A stretch of DNA of 64,000 nucleotides, taken from positions 187,061,741-187,125,740 of the forward strand of contig CM041465.1 of NCBI GenBank assembly GCA_023213395.1. The letters are read 5' to 3'. A program made the position numbers and the translations under genes. Every line of letters begins with the position of its first letter. The first letter of the stretch is position 1. Below, piece by piece: positions 42,401-56,500 of the stretch. Below the pieces are notes generated by a model. That model was not told where the DNA came from, ran no database searches, and was given only the letters and a program-made list of their open reading frames with translations. This DNA is from Cycas panzhihuaensis. Its lineage: Eukaryota; Plantae; Cycadophyta.

Positions 42401-44540
42401 GTTTTTTGTACCATGTTTCACTATCCACATTAGTTGATGCTTTTAAGGCATACTAGTCTATTGGGGGAATGACTAATTTGAATAACTTGTCACTAGTTAT
42501 TTATTCTTTGACCATAATTGCTTTGTTCCTTAGTTTATCTTTGATGGTATATTTCTCATTGTTAAAGATTACCTTATATTTTTGTTCCATCATTTATCCT
42601 ATTAATAGTAATTTTTTCTTAAGTGTTGGGACATGAAGCACATCATTTATGCACATTATTTCTCTAAAATCTATTTGTATAGAGACATTCCCTTTACCTA
42701 CTATATTTTGAGTGGTGTTATTACTAAACATAATCATACTTCTTTTGGTATTATCCAAAATTTTAAAACATTGTTATCTATGAGTCATGTATGTAGAACA
42801 TCTTGAATCTATGTACCAACTATCTTCTTCTTCATTAGCCATCAAACTTGAAAAAAATAATCTTTTATCTTGCCTTTCTTTAATAATTATATTAACAATT
42901 CCACTTTATGAGTTTGATCTTTTTACAAAATAATTTTCTTTTAAGTGCCCATTTCTATGGTAATAAAAATATTAGATTGTTCCTCTACCCCTTGGACTTG
43001 TTCCACTTTGTCCTTGATTTTTACCCTTAGGACTTTGATCTCTTTCTCTTCTTTAAGGTATATAATTTTATCCTTGGCCTTGAAAATATATTTATCCTTG
43101 GAATTGATTTTTCCCTTGGTAGAAGTGACTTGGACCTTATCCTTGATGATTACCTTGACCTTGATAATAACCTTATGCTTGATAGGCTTGACCTTACATT
43201 TGAAATTAATTTTGATTTCTAATTTGTTGACCTCTTCCTCTAGGGGATTATCCTCTATCCCTAGAACTTTGACTTTGAAATGTAGGTCAAATTTTTGTCT
43301 TGATGGCAAAAGAATATTTAGAAAACTCACTTCCTCCTCTTTTCTCTTCTATAACTAGTAGCATGGCATTTAATTGATCTATATTAAGGTTACTTAGGTC
43401 CTTAGAGACCTTAATACTTATGGCAACCATCTAAAATCTTTTGATGCCACCTACATATCTTAAGATTTTCTGAACTACCCTTTGCTTACTTATTACCTCT
43501 CCTAAAGCCCTCATTTGATTAACTAAGCCTTAGATTTTTGTAATGAAGTTATTTATACCTTCATTATTATTCATCCTTAAGTTTTCAAATTTTCTTCTTA
43601 AAGTCTAAAGTTTTGATACTATTGCTCCCTTATATATAGTCTTTAGTGTGTTCCATGCTTCCTTTGAGATACATGCTTCACTTACTCTTGGGAATATGTG
43701 ATCCTGTAAAGTTCATAAGGCGAATACTAATACTATGTTATCTTATTTTTTGTTCTTCTTGAAGATCTTCTTTTCATCTTTAATGGCATTTATAACAAGC
43801 ACTCCATAACCTATTTCAATTAATTTTCACATATCTTTAGCTAAAAAAATTAGTTTCATGCATCTATTACAATTTAAAAAATTAGTTCTATCAAACTTAG
43901 GCACCATAACATTACTAATATTTGAGGGCATAATAAAAAGAATTGTCTTAAAAAATAAGTATTTAAAAAGTAGGGTGCTTAAAAGGAAATATTGAAAAAG
44001 CACTAAAAGAAGGCAATAAAGACACTTAAAAGTAATCAAAAGTTATTTTACTTCAACTTTGTGACTTGCACAAATATCCCAATTGGGACTCAAACACCTC
44101 CAAAATAGGTTTTTGGTATTAATAATGTTTATAAATTGAAAATTTGCTAGTTTATTTAAGGCTCATCATGTAGGAAGTCTAAAACTAGCATTAACTTTGA
44201 TCATTAAAAAGTTACATCAAATGACTTTAAAAAATTTTTAAATATTATCCACTTAGTACAGGACTAAAATAAAATCTTAATGCCTCAAACAACACTCAAT
44301 TTTAACTTAAAATAACCAAGTTATGCATTAAAATATACTAGGGAAAAATAACCCTTTAGTATATAAAGCTCAAGGAAATTGTACATTAATTTTAAATGAT
44401 TAAAAAGTTATCAAATGAAGACCAAATCGATTTTGTGACTATTTTTTTATTTGGGCGGAAGTGTAGATTGTCTTGAAGCTAATAAAGTTAAATTGGATTC
44501 CATAGGTGATAAATATTGTTGTTGAAGTAGAAATAAATAC

Positions 44541-45705
44541 CTGATTTCAATTAGGCCTTTTGAAAAATGAATTAGTCCCTTTAAAAAGAAATGCACTTAT
44601 GATAACCTGAGTGTTGAATATGACCTACAGGTTGTCATTAAGATGTAGCTATATAACTAGGACATCAGATAAAGAGATTACTTGTGAGTTATTCTTTGCA
44701 ACAAAGTGGTGATCCTCCTCAAGACATAGAAGTGGCATATTGAATCTCAGTGATGTAATGGAGTGACCACCATAAGACTCACCTTTAGATAGAGACCAGT
44801 TATTATACCAAAAACTTATCAAAGATAATAAATATGTATGTCTTAAAATATAAATATTAAGGTTTAAAAAAAATATAAAGTATAAATGTGCAATATATTA
44901 ATGTTTAATATATTGTGTACAAATATAATAATCTACATAAATGAAGAGTATTAAGAACATGAGTGATAACCATAAGTAAAGAGCTATTACAAAAGTGCTT
45001 TGATGCAACCACCAGATGCCAAGATGAAGTGTAGATATTTATTCAATGGTTCACAGCCAATCCTCTTTTTATACTCTATTATCATAGCACATTTGACTTT
45101 AGATCAAGAAATCATAGGTTTGGTTGTTAAGAGATGGCTTAATAGATAGATTAATCACCCCAAAGTGAGGATACTTATTTATTATACGCTCCAAACTTTA
45201 CTTTAGATTAATCGCCCCAAAGCAAGGATATTTATTTATTACACACTCTAAACTTTAGAGATGAGTGTAATTATTTTGAAGGTCTATATATCAAATCAAA
45301 CCAAGCATACTTGTCTTACGACCACTACAAGAATGAAATATAAATATGAAATATTTATAAGGGGCATGACTAAGGCCAAAATAATATTTTGATTTGCAAG
45401 TAGAATAAGGATGCAAATAGACAAGTGTAAATGTAAATGCACTAAATGGTGCGAATCTCCTACATTTTAGAAAAGAGAATCCTTAATATGCTTCAAAAAT
45501 ACATGATGTTACGGATTGGCATGTGTAGTGGATGCCTTTAAGGATAGAGATGCTTAATGTAAAAGTAAATACAATAGTACAACAACATTTTGGTTAAATA
45601 TAGATAGAAAGATATAAATTTTAGATGCACAAGAAGCATATATAGATTTCTCATAAATAAATGTCTCATACTGGATCCAAGATATGAGTATGCATGTAGT
45701 TCGAC
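44541..45705 (-). pseudogene. Host-like gene fragment of unknown identity (exons 45672-45705, 45311-45324, 44541-44782) in the copia leader
   Basis: AG/GT-bounded blocks with consistent phases splice to RTTCILISWIHGRKT(S/G)ESYGGHSITSLRFNMPLLCLEEDHHFVAKNNSQVISLSDVLVI*LHLNDNL*VIFNTQVIISAFLFKGTNSFFKRPN*NQ. All three stops are single C-to-T changes from CAG, CAG and CGA. Confidence 0.55.
45147..45257 (+). repeat. Tandem duplication with a 57-bp unit
   Basis: tagattaatc(a/g)ccccaaag..aggata.ttatttatta..c.ct..aaacttta begins at 45147 and again at 45204. Confidence 0.85.
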
Positions 45706-46429
45706 CTATTAACAAGGCAGACAAAGGTAGTGACTTTGAGCCAGGTAAAAAAATATTTAATCACAATGGTAGGGATAGGTTCTATTTTGATCAAGTTAGT
45801 AAGATTGAAGCAGCCTCCTAAATTCCAATTATAAGCCTCTATAATAGTAGAAAATTGCATGTAGACATAAACATAGTATAGGGAATGGATGCAAGTGCAC
45901 ACAAATTTTAAGCATTAGACTAAGTCTCTAAGCACAAGATGTGCATTGTCCCAAAATGCATTTCATAATCTATTGATGCAAATATTCAAACATAATAACT
46001 TTGAATATTAAGTTAATATAGAGTAGTTAGAACCAATTTAAAAACTAATAGTCACGAAATAAAGAGATTTTGTAGAACCAACCAAATATCAAAATAAGAG
46101 GAGTATATGAACCTAACTTTCATAAAGTTGTTGCAGTTAAATGCCTAAATGATGGCTCTTAAATGCCTAAATGATAGCTTTACAAATAGGGAAATTTGCT
46201 TTGATAGCAAATGTTAGAATTAGGGGATAGAGGGAACAAAATGATAATGTAAGAAGGATGTGGCACATCCTTCAAAGTTTACTACCAACTGGCATTGACA
46301 AACATCAAATATGCTGCTACTAAGATCTAACATAATGCTATTATAACATCTCCATAATCTAGGTTATCACCCAAATGTGGGTAATCAACAAAGGTGGATA
46401 TGACTCCCAATATAGGAATTATTCCAACA

Positions 46430-48850
46430 ATAATCACTCTTAATTCCTTCAGAAAAATGGGAAGAAATCATAATAGATTTCATCATTAGATTACCTAAAT
46501 TAACATAAAAAGATACAATCTTTGTAGTAGTGGACTACCTTACAAAGTATGCCTAGTTCATACTTATATACTCTAACTATAATACCCTATAGGTAACTAA
46601 AATATTTATGAGGAACATTTATAAACTACATAGTTTTACTAAGAATATTATCTTTTAAAGGGACCCTAAGTTTACTAGTAACTTTTGGAAGGAACTCTTT
46701 AAATTAGTAGGAATGGAACTTATTATGAGCTCAACATAGTATCCCTAGATAGACTACTGAATAAACATTATTAATAAATGCTTGAAAATATACTTGTGTT
46801 ATTTCATAGGAGATAACCAAGCTAAATATGTAAAGTGGATCCATATAGTTGAGTATTAGTGCAATATAAATTAATACTCAATAATTCACATGACCCCTCT
46901 TGTGATGTTATATAGATACTAACCTCTTGTAATAGTCAATTATATATAAATAGTCATATGCATCCCAACAACCTAAGCAATAATTCAACAAGCTAAACAT
47001 ATACTTAAAGAAAACAATATTAATGATAATAAGGCTAAAAACCAAGTAAAATAATAAGCATATTAATATTAAATATAAAGGGGGTTTGAGATCAAGGATT
47101 GGGTATATGTGAGTGTTAGAATGTGACAACAAATGGTTGTGAGGCTAAAATTTTGACATGTTGGCAGCGCAGGTTCCCCCCTAAACCTTCCTCGGGGGGT
47201 TCTAAGGGGGGTGGGAGCCCCCCTTGGCCAGCGGGGTGTGGGGGGTGTGGAACACCCCCCGCTAAGAGGGGGTTCGGGGGTGATATCCCCTGACTCGAAA
47301 AACTAGTACTGAAAACTATATTAAATTGTAAAGAGAATCATGATCGTTTGATAAAAATACCCTAGATTCTACGGTCAAGATTTGTGCTATGTATGACCCA
47401 CTCATGTAGCTCGATTTAGGGTATATTTCTTTATGTTGAGGTTGTTCAATGTACTGTGAGTAGGGTGGTGGTTAGCTATTGTTGTTGAGAGCACTCTGCT
47501 ACTGGTTATGTACATTATCTCCATTCTATGACAATAAAGATCAATACTTTTCTTGTATGGATGTTTCCCTAGCATACTACTTGGGTTTTACCACATTATA
47601 TTGGGTGTACATTTTATTCTTGACTTTCTTGTTCATTTTATTGTTTTATCTCTGGTTTAATAACTTGCATGTAATTTTAGTTTCGATTCCTATAACTAGT
47701 TACAAGAATAGTTTAGATCTTGGTTGCAGTTTCAGGGTATTGGGACCTTGTCGTCTTAACAATGAGCCTGCAACCATACAAGCAAGATTTGCTATGATAA
47801 GAAAGGAAATTTAAACTAGCCTTATGGTTCTATGGACTCTTTCAAATTCAAAGTAAATACATAAGGTATCTCAAACCATGGATCATCTTATTCATAACAA
47901 GGTCCATAATATTTTAAATGTTTCTAGCCCAATAAAGAAGGTAGGGCCAAATAACAACCTAATAATAAAATGATAAATTACAGATGAATAGTGGAAAGTT
48001 ATTCCAGAACCATAAGATTTTATCGAAACTTGATTTAACAAAAACTCAAATTAACGACTGTAATGGAGTATCTCATTAAATGGAAGGGCTTATTGACATA
48101 AGATGGAATATGGAAGGTATAAGACTTCATTTACAACCATCCTAGCCTTTGTAGACAAAGATCTTCTTTTAATAGGGAGCGCATGTTATGCACCCACAAC
48201 TGTAGGGTTAACTTAGCTAGTTTCATTTAATGATTAGTATTTATAGGTAATAATATATACTTTTAATCATCAACTTTTTATCTTTGGTTTTGGATATTAG
48301 GTATATACTCACTTAGGGTGTCATGGTGGTTGTATTTAAGTTTTTTCTAGTTATTAGTAATTAATTTCTATCAACATTAAGTGTAAAAGTCATTAGTTCT
48401 CTATATGATATGTTAAATGAGATCTTGCCTATACATGTGTTTAACCCTTTCAAGCTAAGATTGAAATGGATATTAAACCTTAATTACCATTTGATTTACC
48501 TCAATATAAGGCAACTAATCTTTGAGATGGTTGACTTGTATTATAAAAGGAGATGTAACACTACATTTTAATTATTATATATTTTTTATCTTTTCTCACA
48601 TATTAAGTTTTGGCCTTTGTTTTACATTTTGAGTATTTAAAATTTGAATGTTTGATATTAAACATCTATGTATGTGTATGAAAACCCTTTTAATAGCTAA
48701 TCTATAGCTCGAGTTAGTGGCCATTTATTGTGAATGTAAATTATGACTTTCATGCATTATTGCTTGGGTTTAGATTTCTACATACTTAAAAGGAATTTAT
48801 AAATGATTCCATTATAGGTAATATGTAAGGCCAACTATTTGGCATTAACA
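46430..48850 (+). mobile_element. Chromovirus-type Ty3/gypsy integrase, chromodomain, PPT and 3' LTR (host element, piece 3)
   Basis: Reads LLIPSEKWEEIIIDFIIRLPK, VVVDYLTKYA, RDPKFTSNFWKELFKL, WVY.|.LQPYKQ and EYLIKWKGLLT*DGIW. PPT atagggagcgca is followed by a TG start at 48184. The LTR end is uncertain. Confidence 0.8.
47114..47761 (+). mobile_element. Solo LTR (648 bp), probably copia-type and relatively young
   Basis: Termini TGTTAG...TTAACA and TSD gtgag/atgag. It interrupts the host integrase between WVY and LQPYKQ, retains CpGs, and contains AATAAA. Confidence 0.85.
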
Positions 48851-50029
48851 CCTGAAATTACATTATGTAATGAGTATGGTTACTTGACTTCAAGATGGCA
48901 TTAGATGGCCCTAATGTGATGCTCAGAGAGTTGTAGTAGGATCCATAGCTTTTATTAAATATGATGCCTAACTTTGGTATGATGTTGAAGGGCCTCGATG
49001 TAATGCCAAGAGAGTTATAACCATTATATCTTACGTGTAGATATGCTCTTAAAATGGCAAGGTGCCACTTATGGTGTGATTCCATAGTTTGAGGCCTAAT
49101 ATATTTTCTATGGTGGGATACCTAGAATAATAATTTGAGCTAAGAGCTATTGTAATTAAGCCATAATACTTTTTCATGGTGGACTGCTTGGAATATTACT
49201 AAGCCATTGTGCTACTACTATATGTACATGAGGTAAACCACTGCTTGCATGTCATACATACTTATAATGTTAATGATTGTTGAGGTTATGTATGTTTTAA
49301 TGATTGTGTTGCTTAGAGAATGAGATGAGATTTTAAAGTTAACAATTAGCATTTGTTCACTTATCTTATGTTTCTCAATACATGGGTAAATTCTTAAAGG
49401 AGTTTTTAGTTGGGTGGTGAATCCCCTATGAGTAATCTAGCTTTTCTCCCATAGAACATAAATTTTTTGTTATGATGCTCTCTGGATATATATGATATTA
49501 CTTCTATTGTAGATGGATATTTATTATGAGTGATTATATATTTAAGAGATAGAATAATCTGTATGATTAGTATTTATATATTAGAGATATTTAGTCTACA
49601 TATAATTACATGTTTCTCTAGACTATTAATATGGCATATTACTTATTGATCCTATGGTTTGCCACATGTTTGAATTGAGTTCAAGTAGTTTGAATGGTTA
49701 TCTTAAGATGTCCTCTTGATAATAGGTTGTTATATATTGGTATTATAATAAAGGTTTAAGCTCAATAAACTATGTAATAGAGCATAGGTTAAGAACCTAA
49801 TATAATTAGAATGATAAATTATTATTTTAGAATTCTACTATTAAAGGAAGTAGGTCAAGTCAAAGGAATTTAAATTATAATAAGTGAAAAAAAGAGCTAC
49901 ATACTTATGTCAAAGTAAACTCTTATTGAAAGTGGGGTATTTAGTGAAAATAAAGTATTATCAAAATCTAACCTTAGACACAATTAAATAGAATTCCTAT
50001 CATAGATATGAATTACTTCCATCAAGGTA

Positions 50030-50220
50030 TACTTTATTTTATAGGTCAATGTTTAATAAGGCTTAGTTGAGACAATGCTAGTTGAAGGAACTTAAGTCAA
50101 TAGGTTAATGGTTGATAGGGCTTGGTCAAGAGGACCTTAGTTAAGGGAACTTTGGTTGATAGATTAATAGTTAAGAGGAATTTAGTTGATAGAACTTTAA
50201 CTACTAAGCTAATAGTCCAC
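50030..50220 (+). repeat. Degenerate short tandem repeat (~15-16 bp, core (t)agttga / ggtcaa)
   Basis: Recurrent tagttgagac, tagttgaagg, tggttgatag, tggtcaagag, tagttaaggg, tggttgatag, tagttaagag and tagttgatag. Confidence 0.55.
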
Positions 50221-50528
50221 TTAGGTTTAAAAAATTGACAGGACCTAGTGTTTTACCATAACTAGTTCTTTTGGTAAAGTTAGGTTCATGTCTTGATTTG
50301 CTTTTGCAAGCCACTTGTAGTTATGATTTTTATTTATGCAATGAATATTATTTGGTTAGCATTTTAGTTGTGAGATTTCTTTTGGTTGATCATTAAATGG
50401 TGTGTACTTTGGTTAGGATATGTCTAAACATATATTATTTGATTTTAAATCATGCAAGTTAAAAGATTGCCAATGGGATAATTGAATGTATATGATTGTG
50501 ATGATTTTCTTTTTCCAATGATTATGAT

Positions 50529-53500
50529 TTTTTTTTTTTAAATTTGGTAAAAAATATCAGGGGTTTTAATTGGTCCCTAAACTTTATGAGGGCCATGACA
50601 TGCCCATGGCCTAGCAGATCTCGACACCCACTCTATCTCTAAAAGCCATGACAAGCCCAATGGATAGCTCTCCTAATCCTGGGCTAACACATCTAGTCTA
50701 ACTAGACTCAGAAGCTCCTTCGAGAAGTTCTCTTTCTAAACCTTCATACTTTTATTTGAAACCACCCAATTGGCAAGCCAATCGACAATTGTATTGCCCT
50801 CTCTATACGTGTGCCAAATCTGAGTGTCCTGTTTGGATCTTAAAACATCTTGAGCATCTCTCACCATGTCCACATTATGCTAGTCAGCCTTAGTATCCCC
50901 CATAAGGATCCTGACCATGTTTAGTGAATCTCCTTCAATCATCACATTATTGCAATTGTCCTTGTCTGCCATAGTCATAGCTCTCTATATAGCCTTTAGT
51001 TCAACACTATGGTTTGTCTACTATCCATAGTATTCTGCAAAGGCCCACCTCACCCTATCGTCTGGGTATTTGCAGAGGCCATCCCCTCCAGCCTCACCAT
51101 GATTACCTTCTGATACCCCATCAAAATTTATTTTAACCTAATTATCTATATGCGGGCACTAAGGGTACTTCCTCCTTCTTACTCCAGTTATATTTGGTTA
51201 TTTTATCCCCCAATCATCCATGATGTTGCCCTTCCCTTTCAAAACTCTTTCCTTATTTGAGGGTTTTAACATTTCTACTGTCACCATATGAATTACTTCG
51301 TAGAGCCTAAACTCACCCAAATCCTTGCCTTGGAAAATTCTTCTATTTTGTTCCTTCCATATGGTCCATCCCAATGTTGGTAGGATTAATTTCCATAGTG
51401 AGCCCAATGACTTACTCTTGAAAGTAGATTTCCATATCATTTATTAATCTATTAGGGTCTTGTGACACACTTATGATATCCCTAGTTTGGACCAGATATA
51501 GGCCCATATACTCCTAGAAAAGGAGTAATGAATGCTCATATGGTCAAATGTTTCCTCTTCCTTCTTACAGAGCACACATCTATTCGGCATGGTGAAACCT
51601 TGCTTGTGAAGATTATCAACTGCCAATATCTTGTTCTATAGACATAGCCACCAGAAGACTACCACTTTAGTAATGAGACCCAACTTCCACACTCTAGCCA
51701 ACTGTAGGTTCTTTCCAATCCCCTCCTCTAAACATATAGCTTGGTAACCCTCCTTCATAGTGTACTTCCCAGAAAGGGAATTTGACCATATAATTGTATC
51801 ATCCATGGGCCATTTTGGGATATAATGTTGATCAAGCTCTTTCTTAAGGGTTTGAATATTTTCCCCTTAATCCTAAATCCTTTGAAGTTCCTTTAAGGAT
51901 CTTTAGGCTCTATTTTTACCATGACCCTCTTAATAATCGTTGGCAATTGTACCAAAGATATCTTTATAATTGCCTTGCAAACTACCAATGTTGGGTCTAT
52001 CTTTCAATTGGTAATTTCCACACCATTTATGCTTCCAAAACTTAATGCTTTTCTTATTCCCTAACTTCTATCTCATGCCTACAATCAGAACATGTATCGA
52101 ATAAGACAAGCTCTTCCAAATAAGGGACCTATAAACCTCCCCTACCTCATCTTTCAAGAAGTTCCTACCCCCCAAGTATTTTTTGGCAATGATCTTGCCC
52201 CACTGTCCACCTTCACTTTTTGCTAGTCTTTAGCCTAGCTTGGCCACTAGGAACCTATTAAAGGACCCTAGTCTTCTCATGTTAAGTCCACCTACCCACC
52301 TAGGCCTGCAAACTCTGTCCCAAGATACCAAGTAGATTCTATCCTTTTTTTCTATACCAAACAAGAGGAATCTTTTCTGAATGCCTTCTAAGATTAATAT
52401 AACCTTGCTCAGAACCCTGAATATTGACATCATGTAAACTGGGATGCTCTACAGAGAGTCAACCACTAGTTAAATCTTACCAGCTTGACTAATGGGAGAT
52501 CCTTTCTAGCTAACTAATTTCCTTTGGATCCTGTCCACAATAGGTTTCCAGAGCACCTTGCTCATATTTCCCATAAATAGTGGCATCCCTAAGTAAGGAG
52601 TTGGAAGGAGTCTGATGAGGATCTCCATCTCCCTGCTAATCTTCCTTTGCAATCTCTTGTGGGTATTTATAAAGAGGATAGAGATTTTCTCCAAGTTTAT
52701 TCTTTGGTTTGTAACCCTCTCATAGGCCTAGAGCCCTACCTTAAATGCTCTAGCTTCCCCTAAGGTTGTGTTTCCTAGAAAGATGTTGTCATTAATGAAT
52801 TGATAATAGATAATATTATTTGTGCTATATGTGGGCTTTAATCCAATCACCCAACCTTTACTCCTAGCCTCCTCGATGGCTCTCCCTAAAATTTCTACCA
52901 TAATAATAAAAAGGTAAGGGGATAAAGGATCCCCTTGCTTTAATCCTCTGAAACCAGGGAAGAAGGGAGTCGAAGTGCCGTTTATCAAGATAGAATAGGA
53001 TTGATTAGATATTCAACACCTCATCCATCCCTGTTAGACCTCATCAAAGCCAAATATTTAAAGACAATCAGTTAAGTAGTCCTAAGCCACCCAATTGTAA
53101 GCTTTGGACATGTTGATTTTCATAATCATTCTAGCTTCTTTTCTCTAATGGACCAAATGAACTATCTTATGGACTACTATAATACCATCTAAGATTTATC
53201 TGCCCTTTATAAATCCAACCTAATTTGCGGATATGATAAATGATAGACATTTCTTCAATCTATTCGTGAGAATTTTGTATTTTACATTACAAAGGCTTAT
53301 CGGTCTAAATTCCTCCATAGCTTTCACCCCTTCCTTCTTTGGGATAAAAACTAGGAAGGTAGCCTACCACTCCTTTAGAATTGTTTTCTTCTTAAAGAAT
53401 TCATCTAGAGCCAGTTTTAGATCTTCCTTGATTATGTCCTAGAATTCTTAGAAAAAACCTGGAGGAAAACCGTTTGGCCCAGGAGCTTCATCTGACGCAT

Positions 53501-56500
53501 ATTAAAGAGGGCCTTCTCCACTTCCTCCAATGAAAAGGGTTCCTTTAGCCTTTTATTTTGGTCTTCATTGATAAGCTTAGGGATATATTCCATAAGTTCC
53601 TTTCTTAAGTCCGTCTCCTAACATCCAAGTTCTTCAAATAAATTCTTGAAGTAGTCCACCGCTATAACTTTAATTTCCTGTCCTATCTCATGATTAGCTC
53701 TATCCTTGTTGCTCAGATTATTTATTCTGTTGTAGGACCTATGTTTTTGAGTAGTCATATTAAAAAGCTTAGTGCTTTTGTCTCCCTCTGCCAGCCAAAG
53801 GGCTTTAGACTTTTGCTTCCAATGGGTTTCCTCCTTAGCCAATGCATCTTCCAGGTTTTTTATAACCTAGCTTCCCATATGGTCCAGAGTGTGGGACCTA
53901 CCTTCCTCCTAGATTTTACCCTCAATCACATTGAGCTCCCATATAAGTCTACTTTTAACAATAAAAATGTTACTAAAGAATTCTTTATTGCAAGCTTTAA
54001 TTTGTCTTTTAACCTAATTCAACTTCTTTGAGAACCTAAACATAACATGCCCCTCCATCGGGATACTGCACCATTCGTTAACCTGGTCCCTGAGATCTGG
54101 ATGTCTCAACCATATAAGCTTAAACCAAAAGGGAACCTCATGGTGTTTTCCTAAAGTGTTAAACTCTAGCATCAGAGGTGAATGATCATATGCCACCTTT
54201 GGGAGGCCTTTTAATTTAATATCTTCATGGAGCCTCATCCATTCATAGTTGATCAACACCCTATTTTACTTTATTTAGATGTGGTTGACCATGGTCCATC
54301 CTTCATGCCATCAGACCATCTTTTTGCAAGAAATCACCTAGGTCTGTCATGCTCCTGGACCATCCCTCTTGTCCCCTTTTCTTTTCTCCTAGGGATAAGG
54401 CTATATTTAAATCCCCGCTACTAGCTAGGGGCCCTTTTGGTCTTTATGGACATCCACAATCCTGTCCCATAGGTTCTTTCTACCTTCCCACATTGTTGAA
54501 GCATAAATATTAGTGGCTAGCCATTAGATATTTATTCTCCTGTAAATGAAGTATATGATTATAAAGTGTTCTTCCTGAACCATACCCATCTCATGCCAAA
54601 CTCTTGGGTTCCAGAGAACTACCATACCACCTGAGCTAAGAGATCCTTCTTTGGACAACATCTCTTTGTTTCTCCATACCTTGTTTTTCATCTCTAAACC
54701 CTTATCCATCTTAAGTTTCGTTTCCTATAACATCATAATATCCCCTCCCATTCTAGCTCTCAAATCTTTAGCAGCTCTCTACTTTGAGGGGGTATTTAAG
54801 CCCATAATATTCTAGGAAATAATTCTCATGGCCAGCATGGGACCCTCATGCACCAGACATCATAAGGTCATCTCCTGCTCTTGAGAAATGGTTCTTCAAT
54901 TGTCCCTTCCTTTAGGGTTTACTAATACCCTTAGTCGATTTGGGATACAATCTCCCTTTCTCAGATCGCTCTTTTAGAGGGTCTTTTGACCCTTCTATAA
55001 CTACTTAGGTTAAGGCCTCTTCTCTAGCTTACCAATTCCTCCTACACCCCTTTACCTTTTACTATCCCCATATGTTCTGCACTAGTCAGCCCCTCTGACT
55101 CCACTCTCACAATCAGGGCCTCCATGGATTGCACCCTATTATTGCCTCTAGCCTGGCTCTCATTTCCAGTAACTATAAGCCCTTGCTTCCCTTCCTCCTA
55201 ACCCTTGGGTCAATCCTCCTCCCCATCTTCCTCTGAGAGGGAGTCCTCCTCTTCCCAATTTACTTCCTTCATCTTCTCATCTTAAGGGGGCTCTTCCATA
55301 ATGGTCCCCTAGGCATCACCTGTGCTTCACTCATTTACTTCTGCTTCTAGTCTCTAAGGGGTGATACTTGGGCCTTCTTTCTCACCTACTCCTTCCTTTC
55401 TTGGGTCCCCTTGACACTTCAATGGAAGGTGCCCCAAGCACCTACTTTTAGAGCATATGAAGCTATCCAGTTCATAAACCATTTTTTGGCCAATATTCCA
55501 TCCCTCTATTTCGATACTAACCTCTTCTAAAAGGCTTTTGTCAAGTCTCGCTAGGACATAAAACCTGGTATTTATTAGTCATGTTCTATTCTTTGTTGCT
55601 AAGTCTATCACTAATAATAGACTTATTACTCTAGCCACCCCTTTTATTACTTCCAAGTTCTAGAATTACAAAGGTAACACCAGTATTTAAACCTAAATCG
55701 GTGCCTATTTCACTGTTAGAATCGATGAGTCAAAGTATAAATGCCACCTTTCCAATGTAATTGCCTTTTAACTAAGCATCCAAGGAGATTTTAGAAGTAT
55801 GTCAATTATATCTTCTTGATTAGCGAACCTAAATAGGATGCAACCCTTAGGCATATCCATAACCTCGATCAGGTTCTTTATTTTCCAGTTATTTACCATC
55901 TATTTCCTAATAATGTCAAGCCCTGGTCTGGGCCATGAGAACCTCCCAACTAGGCTATTCTCCTAGTATTTCTCCCTCTTTTTAGTTATGGTCTTTTGGT
56001 ATAGATATGTTACTCTAGTTATCTTGATAAACTAGGTTGATCTCATACCCCTTTGTGTCTCCATTTCTCAAGGCATCTAAGTATGTCCTTCCTGGAGGAG
56101 AGGACTAAGTCTAGTATATATGAATGGTTTGCTCCATTAACATAAATAAATCAAAACATATAAAAAACTGTTAGGCTGAAATAGACACTCACCTAACATA
56201 TATAGGTCACAGTCATTACTTTGTGGATCCCCTCCAATGATATCCTGGCTGCCCCTACTATCTGGCTCCAATGGTTTCTCTTCAGACTAGGCTTTTATAT
56301 TTGGCTACCTTCTTCCTTTAGTTGCTTGAAACACCACAAGACTGGCTTATATCATCCCTCATGGAGCTCCATCTATTCTGAAGAAGAGGCAACCAATAGA
56401 TCTATGCCTCCCACTATAGCTCCAAGACTACTCCACAGTCTGGAAAAGAGAACCTAGCTCAAACGACACCCTTCGTAAAATAATCTGACTACTCTACCTT

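Larger units (their letters stand above)
39494..46429 (-). mobile_element. Full-length degraded Ty1/copia element with both LTRs and TSD
   Basis: LTRs at 39494-39769 and 46212-46429 (~58-bp indel), TSD ataac/ataat, PBS gctttgatagca at ~46198-46210, and PPT at 39770. Gag ATG 43931 (VPKFDRTNF), then PR, IN, RT (LYVDGLVYT..EFEMTDLGLMHYF) and RH. Confidence 0.92.

Noticed and set aside
42941-43358. Overlapping 129-aa and 137-aa ORFs with repetitive sequence
   Set aside because: Off-frame and antisense readings of the low-complexity Gln/Gly/Arg-rich copia gag linker.
45147-45257. CRISPR-like repeat
   Set aside because: Simple two-unit tandem duplication with no spacers, in a eukaryotic context.
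47479-47814. 111-aa hydrophobic ORF
   Set aside because: T-rich U5 of the solo LTR running into host integrase, with a non-ATG start.
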